From NCBI GenBank assembly GCA_964518565.1, contig CAZFGX010000001.1:588470-652469 (forward strand): a stretch of DNA of 64,000 nucleotides. The letters run 5' to 3'. Made by a program: the position numbers and the translations under genes. The stretch's first letter is position 1; each line of letters begins with the position of its first letter. Shown piece by piece: positions 1-8,940 of this stretch. This DNA comes from an uncultured Gammaproteobacteria bacterium. Lineage in GTDB: Bacteria; Patescibacteriota; Microgenomatia; CAZETR01; Amesbacteraceae. The notes below the pieces were generated by a model. The model was not told the origin of the DNA. It did not search any database and saw nothing but the letters and a program-made list of their open reading frames with translations.

Positions 1-85
1 CTGCTGGCAGCCAGTCGCGAGCAGTGTTGCCCCAAAAAGCCCGCAAATTCGCTCTTTTGTCATAATTTAATTATATAATAGACGT

Positions 86-1129
86 ATGTCTATTACATCT
101 CTTATGACCCCTCACGGAGAAATAAAAACCCCAGTCTTCATGCCTGTCGGTACCCAAGCCACAGTAAAATCCATCTCCGCAGATGAATTACACCACATCG
201 GAGCACAAATCATTCTAGCCAACAATTATCATTTGTATCTCAGGCCAGGTGGCGAAACAATCCACGAATTAGGCGGGCTCCATTCATTCATGAACTGGCC
301 CAAACCCATTCTGACTGACTCTGGCGGTTTCCAAGTCCTCAGTCTGGGCGGGAAAAACGGCATGGTCAAAATCACGCCAGACGGCATCAAATTCAAATCC
401 CATATCGACGGCTCCACACATTTTTGGACGCCAGAAGATGCTATTCGCCATCAATTTCTCCTCGGTGCCGATATTATTATGCCGCTAGATATCGCCACTC
501 CCCACACCGCTACCAAATCTGAAGCCAAACAAGCTATGAAAACTACACACGAATGGCTAGTTCGGTGTAAAAACGAATGGCTTAGACTTCAAAATGAAGA
601 TCCCAGATTTACAAACCATCATCCACTCTTGTTTGGTATTGTCCAAGGTGGATATCACAGAGAATTACGCCGAGAGTCAGCCCAGTTTATTACCGATTTA
701 GATTTACCTGGCATCTCCATCGGCGGCGAAACCATAGGCTACTATATGAATGAAACAGAAGAAGTTTTGTCATGGATTGACGATATTTTGCCAAAAAACA
801 AACCTCACTATGCCATGGGACTAGGTGGCCGACCGTCAGATCTGACTCGAGCCTTTGCCTGTGGCATCGACATGTGTGATTGTGTCGCCCCTACTCGAAT
901 AGCCCGCCACGGCATGGTCTATGTCTCAAAAGATGTCTCAGCAAATGAAATGCTCAATCTAAACAATGCCAAGTTCCGTCATGATAAAACCGAATTCAAT
1001 CCTCAACTCTTTCCCGGCATCACTTTTGCATACCTCCACCACCTGTTCAAAGCAGGCGAAATCCTCGGTATCCGCATCGCCACCCTCCACAACCTGTCAA
1101 AAATGATTGAGACCGCAAATCAATGCTAG
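86..1129 (+). CDS. tgt: queuine tRNA-ribosyltransferase
   Basis: 347 aa; LTDSGGFQV motif and a C-terminal Cys cluster (CxCxxC) typical of TGT. Confidence 0.88.
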   Translation: MSITSLMTPHGEIKTPVFMPVGTQATVKSISADELHHIGAQIILANNYHLYLRPGGETIHELGGLHSFMNWPKPILTDSGGFQVLSLGGKNGMVKITPDGIKFKSHIDGSTHFWTPEDAIRHQFLLGADIIMPLDIATPHTATKSEAKQAMKTTHEWLVRCKNEWLRLQNEDPRFTNHHPLLFGIVQGGYHRELRRESAQFITDLDLPGISIGGETIGYYMNETEEVLSWIDDILPKNKPHYAMGLGGRPSDLTRAFACGIDMCDCVAPTRIARHGMVYVSKDVSANEMLNLNNAKFRHDKTEFNPQLFPGITFAYLHHLFKAGEILGIRIATLHNLSKMIETANQC

Positions 1130-1138
1130 AATATTTTT

Positions 1139-1675
1139 ATGTCAGAGGTGGGAGAAGTATCAATCAAAAAAGAATACCAACCAATCGAATTTCAGCATAA
1201 AGTACTACCAAGTATTAAAGAAGCTTGTGGAATCGAACCAAACGAACCAGTGGTTCTCATGGTTCACATAACAAGAGCAGATATTGCCGAAGATGAAATA
1301 CTAAGAGATGGCTTCATTAATGTAAGCGAAAGAGGCACGTTAGCACCAATAACAGACAATCCAGACTCATATCAGGAACCTGGTGTGCCAAGTATTGCAT
1401 TAAAGAAAACACAAACTCAATCCAGTATATCTATGATTACTTTTTGCCTCCCTGCTAGCCAAGTAATGAAAGATCCAGAAGGTAAATATGGCTATTGGTT
1501 TAACAATCCTCTACCCGACAACGCAAATCCAAAATTAAAAGAGACATATGACCAAACAGTAGTCAAATATAACCCTTTTGACGGCACCCCCCTTAAAAAA
1601 GCAAAAGACGATCCCAGCCTCTATCCAGTATACATACCTCCAAAATATATCATCGGAATCGCCACATCAGCATAA
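1139..1675 (+). CDS. hypothetical protein
   Basis: 178 aa ORF, tightly spaced after tgt, no recognised motif. Confidence 0.45.
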   Translation: MSEVGEVSIKKEYQPIEFQHKVLPSIKEACGIEPNEPVVLMVHITRADIAEDEILRDGFINVSERGTLAPITDNPDSYQEPGVPSIALKKTQTQSSISMITFCLPASQVMKDPEGKYGYWFNNPLPDNANPKLKETYDQTVVKYNPFDGTPLKKAKDDPSLYPVYIPPKYIIGIATSA

Positions 1676-1694
1676 GACAATGTTAAAATAAGTC

Positions 1695-2444
1695 GTGTCA
1701 GAAACTGCTTTCACACCTCAAATTGAGGCCATAGGACTCGAACCAAATTTACAAATATTACCCATCACTGTTTTACGTGAAGGACACATTCCCGATTCTC
1801 GAATAAAAGTAGCCAAAGACTTACGACACGATTTGAAATATATTCTTTTACCCAGAAACGGATTAGAGCAAACCCAAGTTCACCAAACAATCGATTTAGA
1901 AGTACAAGCAATAAATCTAGGAAATTATCTAGACATGCCAGTGGTTGCCCAAGCACAAGAAGTATCAAAAGATGGCATTTCATATATCGCACAAACATAT
2001 ATTGAAGACGCAATTGAACTCGGTCCAGAAACAAAATTAAGTGAACAATCAGTAAAATACAATGAACAACAAACGGCATTAGCAAAGGGAGCCTTGTATC
2101 AAGCAATATTAGATTTAGGTGCGGACAACAATCAGTATTTAATTGACCCAAAAACTCAAAAAATTTATCTGAGCGATATTACACTGCCAAACAATTTCGA
2201 TACGAATATTGACACGTATCAAACACCAAAATACTTTTTACAAAAAGAGCATCCTTTATACAAAGAGCAAATAGGTGGCCTCACCACAGCCGCTTTTTTT
2301 GAAACGTTAGAAAAATTAGATAATTTAGAACCAGTCGATATTCAATGGGCATTCGAAGACAATATACAAGTAGCAGAAAAGTTTACTCAAAGAATCAAAA
2401 ATACAGCAAAGATATTTCGAGACTTAGCTCATTCAACTTTTTAG
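1695..2444 (+). CDS. hypothetical protein
   Basis: 249 aa ORF, no recognised motif. Confidence 0.45.
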   Translation: MSETAFTPQIEAIGLEPNLQILPITVLREGHIPDSRIKVAKDLRHDLKYILLPRNGLEQTQVHQTIDLEVQAINLGNYLDMPVVAQAQEVSKDGISYIAQTYIEDAIELGPETKLSEQSVKYNEQQTALAKGALYQAILDLGADNNQYLIDPKTQKIYLSDITLPNNFDTNIDTYQTPKYFLQKEHPLYKEQIGGLTTAAFFETLEKLDNLEPVDIQWAFEDNIQVAEKFTQRIKNTAKIFRDLAHSTF

Positions 2445-3314
2445 CCAGGCACTAAACTCTTCCCCAATCTCCGGATGTTTCTTGGCCATTTTTACCACCG
2501 TCTGTAAATAAGACATTGGTGTTCCAGAATCCATATATTCCGCATTCTTCAGTTCCACACCAACTACACGTTTACCATCTGCAATCATTAGCTTTACCAC
2601 ATCGTTCCAATACAGTTCAGTCCCTGCTGCAGTTTCCTTTACCGCACTATCTACATAATCAAAAATATTAGGCGTAAAAATAAATGGCGAAATTGTAGCC
2701 AGATCAGAAGGTGCCTTATCTTTACCAGGTTTTTCAATCATATTTTTGACATCAATTGCTCCATCCTCTACTTCGACGCCACCAACAAAACCAAACCGCT
2801 TATAATCTTCATCTTTTGTCGCTTTTACACAACCCAGACAACTTGAATCATATTTGTGATATGCAGCTATCAATTGTTGAAAAGCATTTGGCTCAGACAA
2901 GAAAAACTCATCACTCCAGCAATATACAAATGGTTCATCTCCCACTAAATGCCGGACATTTAATAACGGTGTTCCATTGCCATATGGACCCTTTTGGCGG
3001 ACATACACAAAATTTGCCATGTCTGAAATCCGTTCTATTTTTTCCAACAATGGTTTCTTCTTTTCACCACCCATTTTCAAATTCTCCACCAAATCACCAT
3101 GTGGTCGGTCAAAATGATCTTCAATTGCGCGTTCGTGGTAGTTTGTGACGATAATAATGTCTTCGACGCCTGCATCAACCAATTGCTCTACTACATATTG
3201 AATAACCGGCTTATCTACAATTGGTAACATTTGCTTTGGCATCGCTTTAGATACCGGCAAAAACCGGGTAGCAAATCCAGCAGCTGGAATGACGGCTTTT
3301 CGTACTTTCTGCAT
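2433..3314 (-). CDS. galU: UTP-glucose-1-phosphate uridylyltransferase
   Basis: 293 aa; N-terminal AVIPAAGFATRFLP nucleotidyltransferase motif; whole-length GalU-like. Confidence 0.82.
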   Translation of the reverse strand: MQKVRKAVIPAAGFATRFLPVSKAMPKQMLPIVDKPVIQYVVEQLVDAGVEDIIIVTNYHERAIEDHFDRPHGDLVENLKMGGEKKKPLLEKIERISDMANFVYVRQKGPYGNGTPLLNVRHLVGDEPFVYCWSDEFFLSEPNAFQQLIAAYHKYDSSCLGCVKATKDEDYKRFGFVGGVEVEDGAIDVKNMIEKPGKDKAPSDLATISPFIFTPNIFDYVDSAVKETAAGTELYWNDVVKLMIADGKRVVGVELKNAEYMDSGTPMSYLQTVVKMAKKHPEIGEEFSAWLKS

Positions 3315-3379
3315 ACGTTATATTATAACCCCAAAGAAGTCTTGACAGCAAACAAAAAAAGTTTCACACTTTAAAAGAC

Positions 3380-4942
3380 GTGAGTAAGCAAAAAATTAAA
3401 AAAACTCAACTTCTAAATAGCAAAATTGTTCTTGCAGCATCTTTGGCCATAATTTCAGCGTTTGTTCTGATTATATTTGGCTCCCAAAACCAACACGGGA
3501 TTGCCACCACAGCCGCAACTCAAAACGATAAACCGATTTACACAAACGCTCTAGAGTCTGGCTGGGAAAACTGGTCTTGGGATGGTACGGTAGACCTAAA
3601 ATCGCTCAACCAATATGGCAATTATTCTATCTCTTTCCGACCAAAAAAAGCCTACGCAGGACTCTATTTACATACCAATACCAGTATTGATTCTAGCGCT
3701 TATTACAAAATAAATTTTCAAATCAAATCCGGCAGCCAAAACCAGCGCCTACGAGTGTTTGCCTATGGACCTGAAAACAAACCGCTTACTTCAGGTGAGT
3801 ATCTCAGTGGTTATCTTCCCACTGATAAATACAAAAACTACAGCGTAGATCTCAAAGCATTAAACCCAAAAAAACAACCAATTAAAGGTTTTTCTTTCCA
3901 GCTTGTTGGGGACAATCTCGGCAGCATCTTTTACGTAGACAATATTTATCTAAATAGCGCCACCCCCACTACCCCTAGCCCGACATCAATTGAATTTCCA
4001 CCAATCATTCCTCCAACAGTCATTCCCACTACAAAACCTACAACATTTACAACCACGCAAAGAGTGCTAGTGTATGACTTTAACCCTATCATTTCAAATG
4101 GCCAACGTATTCGCGAATTAGTCGGATGGACCGATCCCAAAGTCCTTGAAACCCAATACGTAAACACTATGAGAGACGTAAGCTGGGGCAATCTAAACTA
4201 TCAAATAGTGCAGAGATTTGAAAATATCGACGATATTCTCACTCGTTCAGACGGCTACAACTATTCCCCAACCGATTTTTACAATGTCGCTCGCGGTTTC
4301 CAAACGCCACACAGCCCAGTCTGGGCAGACTACAACGCATTTATCAAAAAATACTCGATGTGCGAAACAGCCAATGCCCAAAATATCGATGAAATCTGGC
4401 TCTGGGGAGCGCCTTGGCAAGGATTTTATGAAGCAAATATGACAGGGCCTGGCGCATTCACTACCAACGGACCAGTTATTTTAGGCACAACTTGTAACCA
4501 CAAAGTCTCCATAATGGGTTTTAGCTACGAAAGAGGTCTCAGTGAAATGCTAGAAGATCAAGGCCATCGCTTTGAAGGCACAATGAACCAAGTATTTAAA
4601 GAAGAACCACGTCCTTACGGTACACCGCAAAACACCGCTTGGGGTAAATTTGTAGCCGCTTGTGGCTGGATGCATCGACCACCAAATACTCTCGATCCTC
4701 AAAAAAGTGAATACAACTATGTAGATTCCTCAAATATCCTGACTACATGTCCGCAATACCAAACTTATCCAAATATGTCTACAAATCGGGTCGAAATAAA
4801 TTGTCGAACATGGAGTTGTGATGGTCTAGAGTTTAAAAAATGGTGGTTCAAACTTATCCCACATGCAGACGGTCGGGACACAACAGGCAAACTCAACAAT
4901 TGGTGGCCATACATCACCAATTTTGACAAAGCTATACAATAA
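3380..4942 (+). CDS. secreted/membrane-anchored hypothetical protein with Pro/Thr linker
   Basis: 520 aa; N-terminal TM helix; PTTPSPTSIEFPPIIPPTVIPTTKPTT linker; GTG start. Confidence 0.5.
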   Translation: MSKQKIKKTQLLNSKIVLAASLAIISAFVLIIFGSQNQHGIATTAATQNDKPIYTNALESGWENWSWDGTVDLKSLNQYGNYSISFRPKKAYAGLYLHTNTSIDSSAYYKINFQIKSGSQNQRLRVFAYGPENKPLTSGEYLSGYLPTDKYKNYSVDLKALNPKKQPIKGFSFQLVGDNLGSIFYVDNIYLNSATPTTPSPTSIEFPPIIPPTVIPTTKPTTFTTTQRVLVYDFNPIISNGQRIRELVGWTDPKVLETQYVNTMRDVSWGNLNYQIVQRFENIDDILTRSDGYNYSPTDFYNVARGFQTPHSPVWADYNAFIKKYSMCETANAQNIDEIWLWGAPWQGFYEANMTGPGAFTTNGPVILGTTCNHKVSIMGFSYERGLSEMLEDQGHRFEGTMNQVFKEEPRPYGTPQNTAWGKFVAACGWMHRPPNTLDPQKSEYNYVDSSNILTTCPQYQTYPNMSTNRVEINCRTWSCDGLEFKKWWFKLIPHADGRDTTGKLNNWWPYITNFDKAIQ

Positions 4943-5918
4943 GCATTGCATCTCCAAAACTGTAGAATCGATATTTCTCAGCAATAGCTATTTCATACGT
5001 TCGACGAATCAGATCTGTACCAGCAAATGCGGATACCAATAACAATAAAGTGCTTTTAGGTAAATGAAAATTCGTGATCATCGCTCCAACAGTAGAAAAC
5101 GTGTAACCAGGATACATAAAAATATTGGTAGTGCCAGACCGTTTACCAGAATTTCCCCATGTCTCCAAAGTCCTAACAGATGTGGTTCCTACACCAATGA
5201 TTCGTTTTTTTTCTTGTAAGATTTTTTTTAGCGTTTCGTCTGTTTCGGCTGATATTTCATATCGTTCGGCGTGCATTACATGCTCTTCTATCTTTTCTGA
5301 CTTCATTGGCAAAAATGTTCCCAATCCTACATGCAAAGTTACTTCCAATTGGTCAACTCCATCAGTGGCCAATCCAGCAAGTAATTCAGATGTAAAATGC
5401 AAACCAGCAGTCGGCGCCGCCACTGAGCCTTCTTGCTTCGCGTAGACTGTCTGATAATCAGACAGACTTACATCAGACGGTGCATGAATGTATGGCGGCA
5501 ATGGTACCAAACCAATGTCATATATCAGTTTCATAAATGCCTCACCTTGAATTGAAAATCGCAAATATCCATTCTCTTGCACGTCTGCAGTTAATTTGCG
5601 ATCAAAAAATAATTTTTTAGCTCCACCAATATTTTTCCCAATAAATTTCCACTCTTCACCAACTGACTCAAGGAGCAAGACCTCAATCGCCCCACCCGTT
5701 TCTTTGTGACCCAACAATCTTGCTGGAAAAACCTTTGAATTATTAAAGACCAAAACATCAGATGGTTTTAAATAATTGGTCAGATTGTGAAAAATATCGT
5801 GTGAAATAGTTCCAGATTTCCTATTCACTACCATCAACCGACACATATCTCTGGGCTCTATTGGCTGGTGAGCTATCAATTGCTCAGGCAATTCATAATC
5901 AAAATCCGATACATTCAT
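4932..5918 (-). CDS. queA: S-adenosylmethionine:tRNA ribosyltransferase-isomerase
   Basis: 328 aa; N-terminal FDYELPEQLIAHQP and full-length QueA-like. Confidence 0.88.
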   Translation of the reverse strand: MNVSDFDYELPEQLIAHQPIEPRDMCRLMVVNRKSGTISHDIFHNLTNYLKPSDVLVFNNSKVFPARLLGHKETGGAIEVLLLESVGEEWKFIGKNIGGAKKLFFDRKLTADVQENGYLRFSIQGEAFMKLIYDIGLVPLPPYIHAPSDVSLSDYQTVYAKQEGSVAAPTAGLHFTSELLAGLATDGVDQLEVTLHVGLGTFLPMKSEKIEEHVMHAERYEISAETDETLKKILQEKKRIIGVGTTSVRTLETWGNSGKRSGTTNIFMYPGYTFSTVGAMITNFHLPKSTLLLLVSAFAGTDLIRRTYEIAIAEKYRFYSFGDAMLIV

Positions 5919-5920
5919 TC

Positions 5921-7057
5921 CTATTTACCCAACAGTTTAGAAAACAGATTTGTGTGCCACAAATCTTGAAGTGTCACCAAAGCAATCAACACCAAAAGCG
6001 CCATCATTCCCCATGAATTTATTTTTTGTTCAAAATCCGCCGACATTCGTTTTCCTCGAATCCATTCTAAAATAATAAACAGCACTCGCCCACCATCTAG
6101 TGCGGGAATAGGTAAAATATTAAACACAGCCAAATTTACAGACAAAATAGCCGTTAATTCAACCAAAGGCCAAAAGCCATATCCAGCGACCACTCCAGTT
6201 AGTTTATAAATTCCCACAGGTCCTGATACATCTTGCGGCACCTCACCTCGAGACAAATTTTGTCCTATCATTCTAAACCCATCTACTACTCGAGCAATCC
6301 AAATATAGGTAGTAGAAAATCCTTGCTTAACAATATTAACCAAACATGTTGCGGTCCAACCATCACAAGGCTGCATCTCCAAGTAAGTAAAATCTGAAAT
6401 TGCCACACCCAAGGCACCCTGATCTTTTGGTGGATTTACACGAGGAATTAAATTCACCACAAAACGTTGAGTTTTTTGTTCTGCCAATCCTTCAAACAAT
6501 TGAATCCCCTCCCCGCGTTCAATCGTCAAATTTACTCCCAAACCCGCCCAAGATTTCATCAGATCCGAAAATTCTTTTACATCCGAGATCTCTTTACCCT
6601 CAACAGCCACGATTCTATCCTGAGCCTTAATACCCGCTCTTTCTGCAGGAGTCTCAGGCAGTGTCTGCAGCACTGTCACTTTTTGCTTTACGACTTGTGG
6701 CACCCCCACTACTCCATACAAAAATCCAAACGCCACCAAAGCCAACAACAAATTCATACACACACCCGCAGCAACCACTGCAATACGACTCAATTTATTT
6801 TTACCCCAAAAACTTTTATTTTTATCTTTTTCCGTTTCTCCTTCCTCACCAAATAATTTCACAAATCCACCAAACAAAAGTGGATAGAGAGAAAACTTTA
6901 TTCCACGAACCTTAACTGACACCAAAGCTTTTGTAAATGGCAACCCAAAAGCAAATTCTTCTACACGAATACCAAAAAGCAAAGCTACCAAAAAATGGCC
7001 CAATTCATGAATTAAAACTAAAACAGATAAAACTCCAAAAAAGATCAAAAAATTCAT
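5921..7057 (-). CDS. rseP: RIP metalloprotease (site-2 protease, M50)
   Basis: 378 aa; HELGH zinc motif in first TM, PDZ-like middle, multi-TM. Confidence 0.82.
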   Translation of the reverse strand: MNFLIFFGVLSVLVLIHELGHFLVALLFGIRVEEFAFGLPFTKALVSVKVRGIKFSLYPLLFGGFVKLFGEEGETEKDKNKSFWGKNKLSRIAVVAAGVCMNLLLALVAFGFLYGVVGVPQVVKQKVTVLQTLPETPAERAGIKAQDRIVAVEGKEISDVKEFSDLMKSWAGLGVNLTIERGEGIQLFEGLAEQKTQRFVVNLIPRVNPPKDQGALGVAISDFTYLEMQPCDGWTATCLVNIVKQGFSTTYIWIARVVDGFRMIGQNLSRGEVPQDVSGPVGIYKLTGVVAGYGFWPLVELTAILSVNLAVFNILPIPALDGGRVLFIILEWIRGKRMSADFEQKINSWGMMALLVLIALVTLQDLWHTNLFSKLLGK

Positions 7058-7079
7058 TAAATGTATTCTACCAAAAATA

Positions 7080-7634
7080 CTAGACAGTCATCAATTCTTT
7101 TTCTTTTATTTTCCCCAAGTTTTCAATTTCTTGCATCATTGAATCGGTCAAATCCTGCAGTTCCTTTTCCAATCGTTTTTTATCATCTTCAGGTAAATTG
7201 CCTTCCTCTGCAGTTCGTTTAAATTCACCCATTTTTTCATGGCGCAATTGTCGCAAACGAACCCGACCATCTTCCAATTTTGTATGCAACAATTTTACAT
7301 ATTCCAATCGGCGTTCCTGGGTAAGAGCTGGAAAGGTCAAACGTACAATATTGTTATCTATTACTGGATTCACGCCAATGTTTGCAGCTTCAATATCCCG
7401 ACGAATCTCGCCAATAGTCGACTGGTCATAAGGCGTCAATACAATCATCTGTGGCTCTGGTACAGAAATACTCGCCATTTCCATAACCCGCATTCGAGTG
7501 GAGCCTCCATATGCCTGAACAAAAATGTTTTCCACCAATGCTGGATTTGCACGCCCTGTTCGAATCATTGCCACTTCCTCCCGCGTAAACTCTACAGACT
7601 TTTGCATTTTTTGTTTTGTCTCGACTATATCCAT
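7080..7634 (-). CDS. frr: ribosome recycling factor
   Basis: 184 aa; full-length Frr similarity. Confidence 0.9.
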   Translation of the reverse strand: MDIVETKQKMQKSVEFTREEVAMIRTGRANPALVENIFVQAYGGSTRMRVMEMASISVPEPQMIVLTPYDQSTIGEIRRDIEAANIGVNPVIDNNIVRLTFPALTQERRLEYVKLLHTKLEDGRVRLRQLRHEKMGEFKRTAEEGNLPEDDKKRLEKELQDLTDSMMQEIENLGKIKEKELMTV

Positions 7635-7640
7635 AGTGAC

Positions 7641-8093
7641 TTAGACTCGTATCACAGAAATATCAACGATTTGGATATTTTCACCCAATTTACCAATAGA
7701 CTCCTTTACCAAATCCGCCACTTTTTTACTTGAATCTCGGATATATTCCTGAGCCAATAATTCCTCTACGTTTGCTGGATCAGTGGCTGAAATCTGCAAA
7801 GCAATTTCTTTTCCTAGCTTTTCAAAATCTTCTGTTTTGGCCACAAAATCGGTCTCACAAGCCAATCCCACCATAGAACCAATTCGTCCAGTGTGATGAA
7901 TATAGCTAAACACTTTTCCAGCTTTCACTTCCCGATCAGATTTCTTTGCAGCTTTTTCAATCCCTCTCTTGCGAATCAATTCTGCAGCAGCAACCAGATC
8001 TCCTTTTGTCTCTTCTAATGCACTTCGACAATCAGAAATTCCTGCCCCAGTTTGATCACGTAATTTTTTGATATCCTCAATATTAAGCTTCAT
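7641..8093 (-). CDS. tsf: elongation factor Ts (short form)
   Basis: 150 aa; N-terminal IKKLRDQTGAGISDCRSAL UBA-like EF-Ts motif; immediately downstream of rpsB. Confidence 0.85.
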   Translation of the reverse strand: MKLNIEDIKKLRDQTGAGISDCRSALEETKGDLVAAAELIRKRGIEKAAKKSDREVKAGKVFSYIHHTGRIGSMVGLACETDFVAKTEDFEKLGKEIALQISATDPANVEELLAQEYIRDSSKKVADLVKESIGKLGENIQIVDISVIRV

Positions 8094-8859
8094 TTTTTTT
8101 GGTCTTTGTTTTTGTTTTTACAGGCTCAGCTGATACATTTTCACTGATCGGTCGAGCAGATTCAAGAGCAAGAGTCGGCAAGCCTTTAGCAATAGCTACT
8201 GCGTTGGCCACTTCATTAATCAATAATTCTATAGATCCAGTTGCATCATCGTTGGCGGGAATGACATAGGACACATTTGTCGGGTCGCCATTAGTATCTA
8301 CAATTCCCACTACCGGAATACCGATTCTTTTTGCTTCAGCCACAGCTACTTCTTCTCGATGAGTATCCACAATAAACAACGCATCTGGCACAGAAGTCAT
8401 GTTAGCAACACCACCCAAAAACTTTTCTAATTGAGCAATTTCACGATCGATTTGCAATTGTTCATATTTTGTATATTTTTTATATTCACCTTGCTCTCGT
8501 TTAGATTTCATATCAGCAAGTTTGCGAATTCTACGGCTAATTTGGTTCCAATTTGTCAAAAATCCACCTACCCAACGAACTGAAAAATAAGGCACCTGGA
8601 CACGCAAGGCCGCTGTTTTGACCAAATCTGCAGCTTGACGTTTTGTACCTACAAACAAAATGGTTTTATTGTTTTTCACCAAATCAGTTACAAAATCACA
8701 AGCCACATCTAGACCTTCTTTTGTCTTAGCCAAATCAAAAATATGTACCCCACCTCGCTCACCATAAATATACTGCTTCATTTTAGGATTCCAACGACGC
8801 ACCTGATGGCCAAAATGGCTACCTGATTCTAATAGTTGTTTGAGAGATACAGAACTCAT
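8083..8859 (-). CDS. rpsB: 30S ribosomal protein S2
   Basis: 258 aa; LLESGSHFGHQVRRWNPKM S2 signature; GGAGG SD upstream. Confidence 0.9.
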   Translation of the reverse strand: MSSVSLKQLLESGSHFGHQVRRWNPKMKQYIYGERGGVHIFDLAKTKEGLDVACDFVTDLVKNNKTILFVGTKRQAADLVKTAALRVQVPYFSVRWVGGFLTNWNQISRRIRKLADMKSKREQGEYKKYTKYEQLQIDREIAQLEKFLGGVANMTSVPDALFIVDTHREEVAVAEAKRIGIPVVGIVDTNGDPTNVSYVIPANDDATGSIELLINEVANAVAIAKGLPTLALESARPISENVSAEPVKTKTKTKKNEA

Positions 8860-8878
8860 AATGTTTTCCTTATGCCTC

Positions 8879-8914
8879 CTCTAGTACGTGTGGTTTAGGA
8901 AAACGGTACTAGAG
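8879..8914 (-). promoter_or_regulatory. 9-bp-stem hairpin (CTCTAGTAC...GTACTAGAG) in rpsB 5' leader abutting the SD
   Basis: perfect inverted repeat seen directly; position analogous to known S2 autoregulatory leaders. Confidence 0.35.
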
Positions 8915-8940
8915 TGTGAAATAAACTTGGGCTATTCTAC

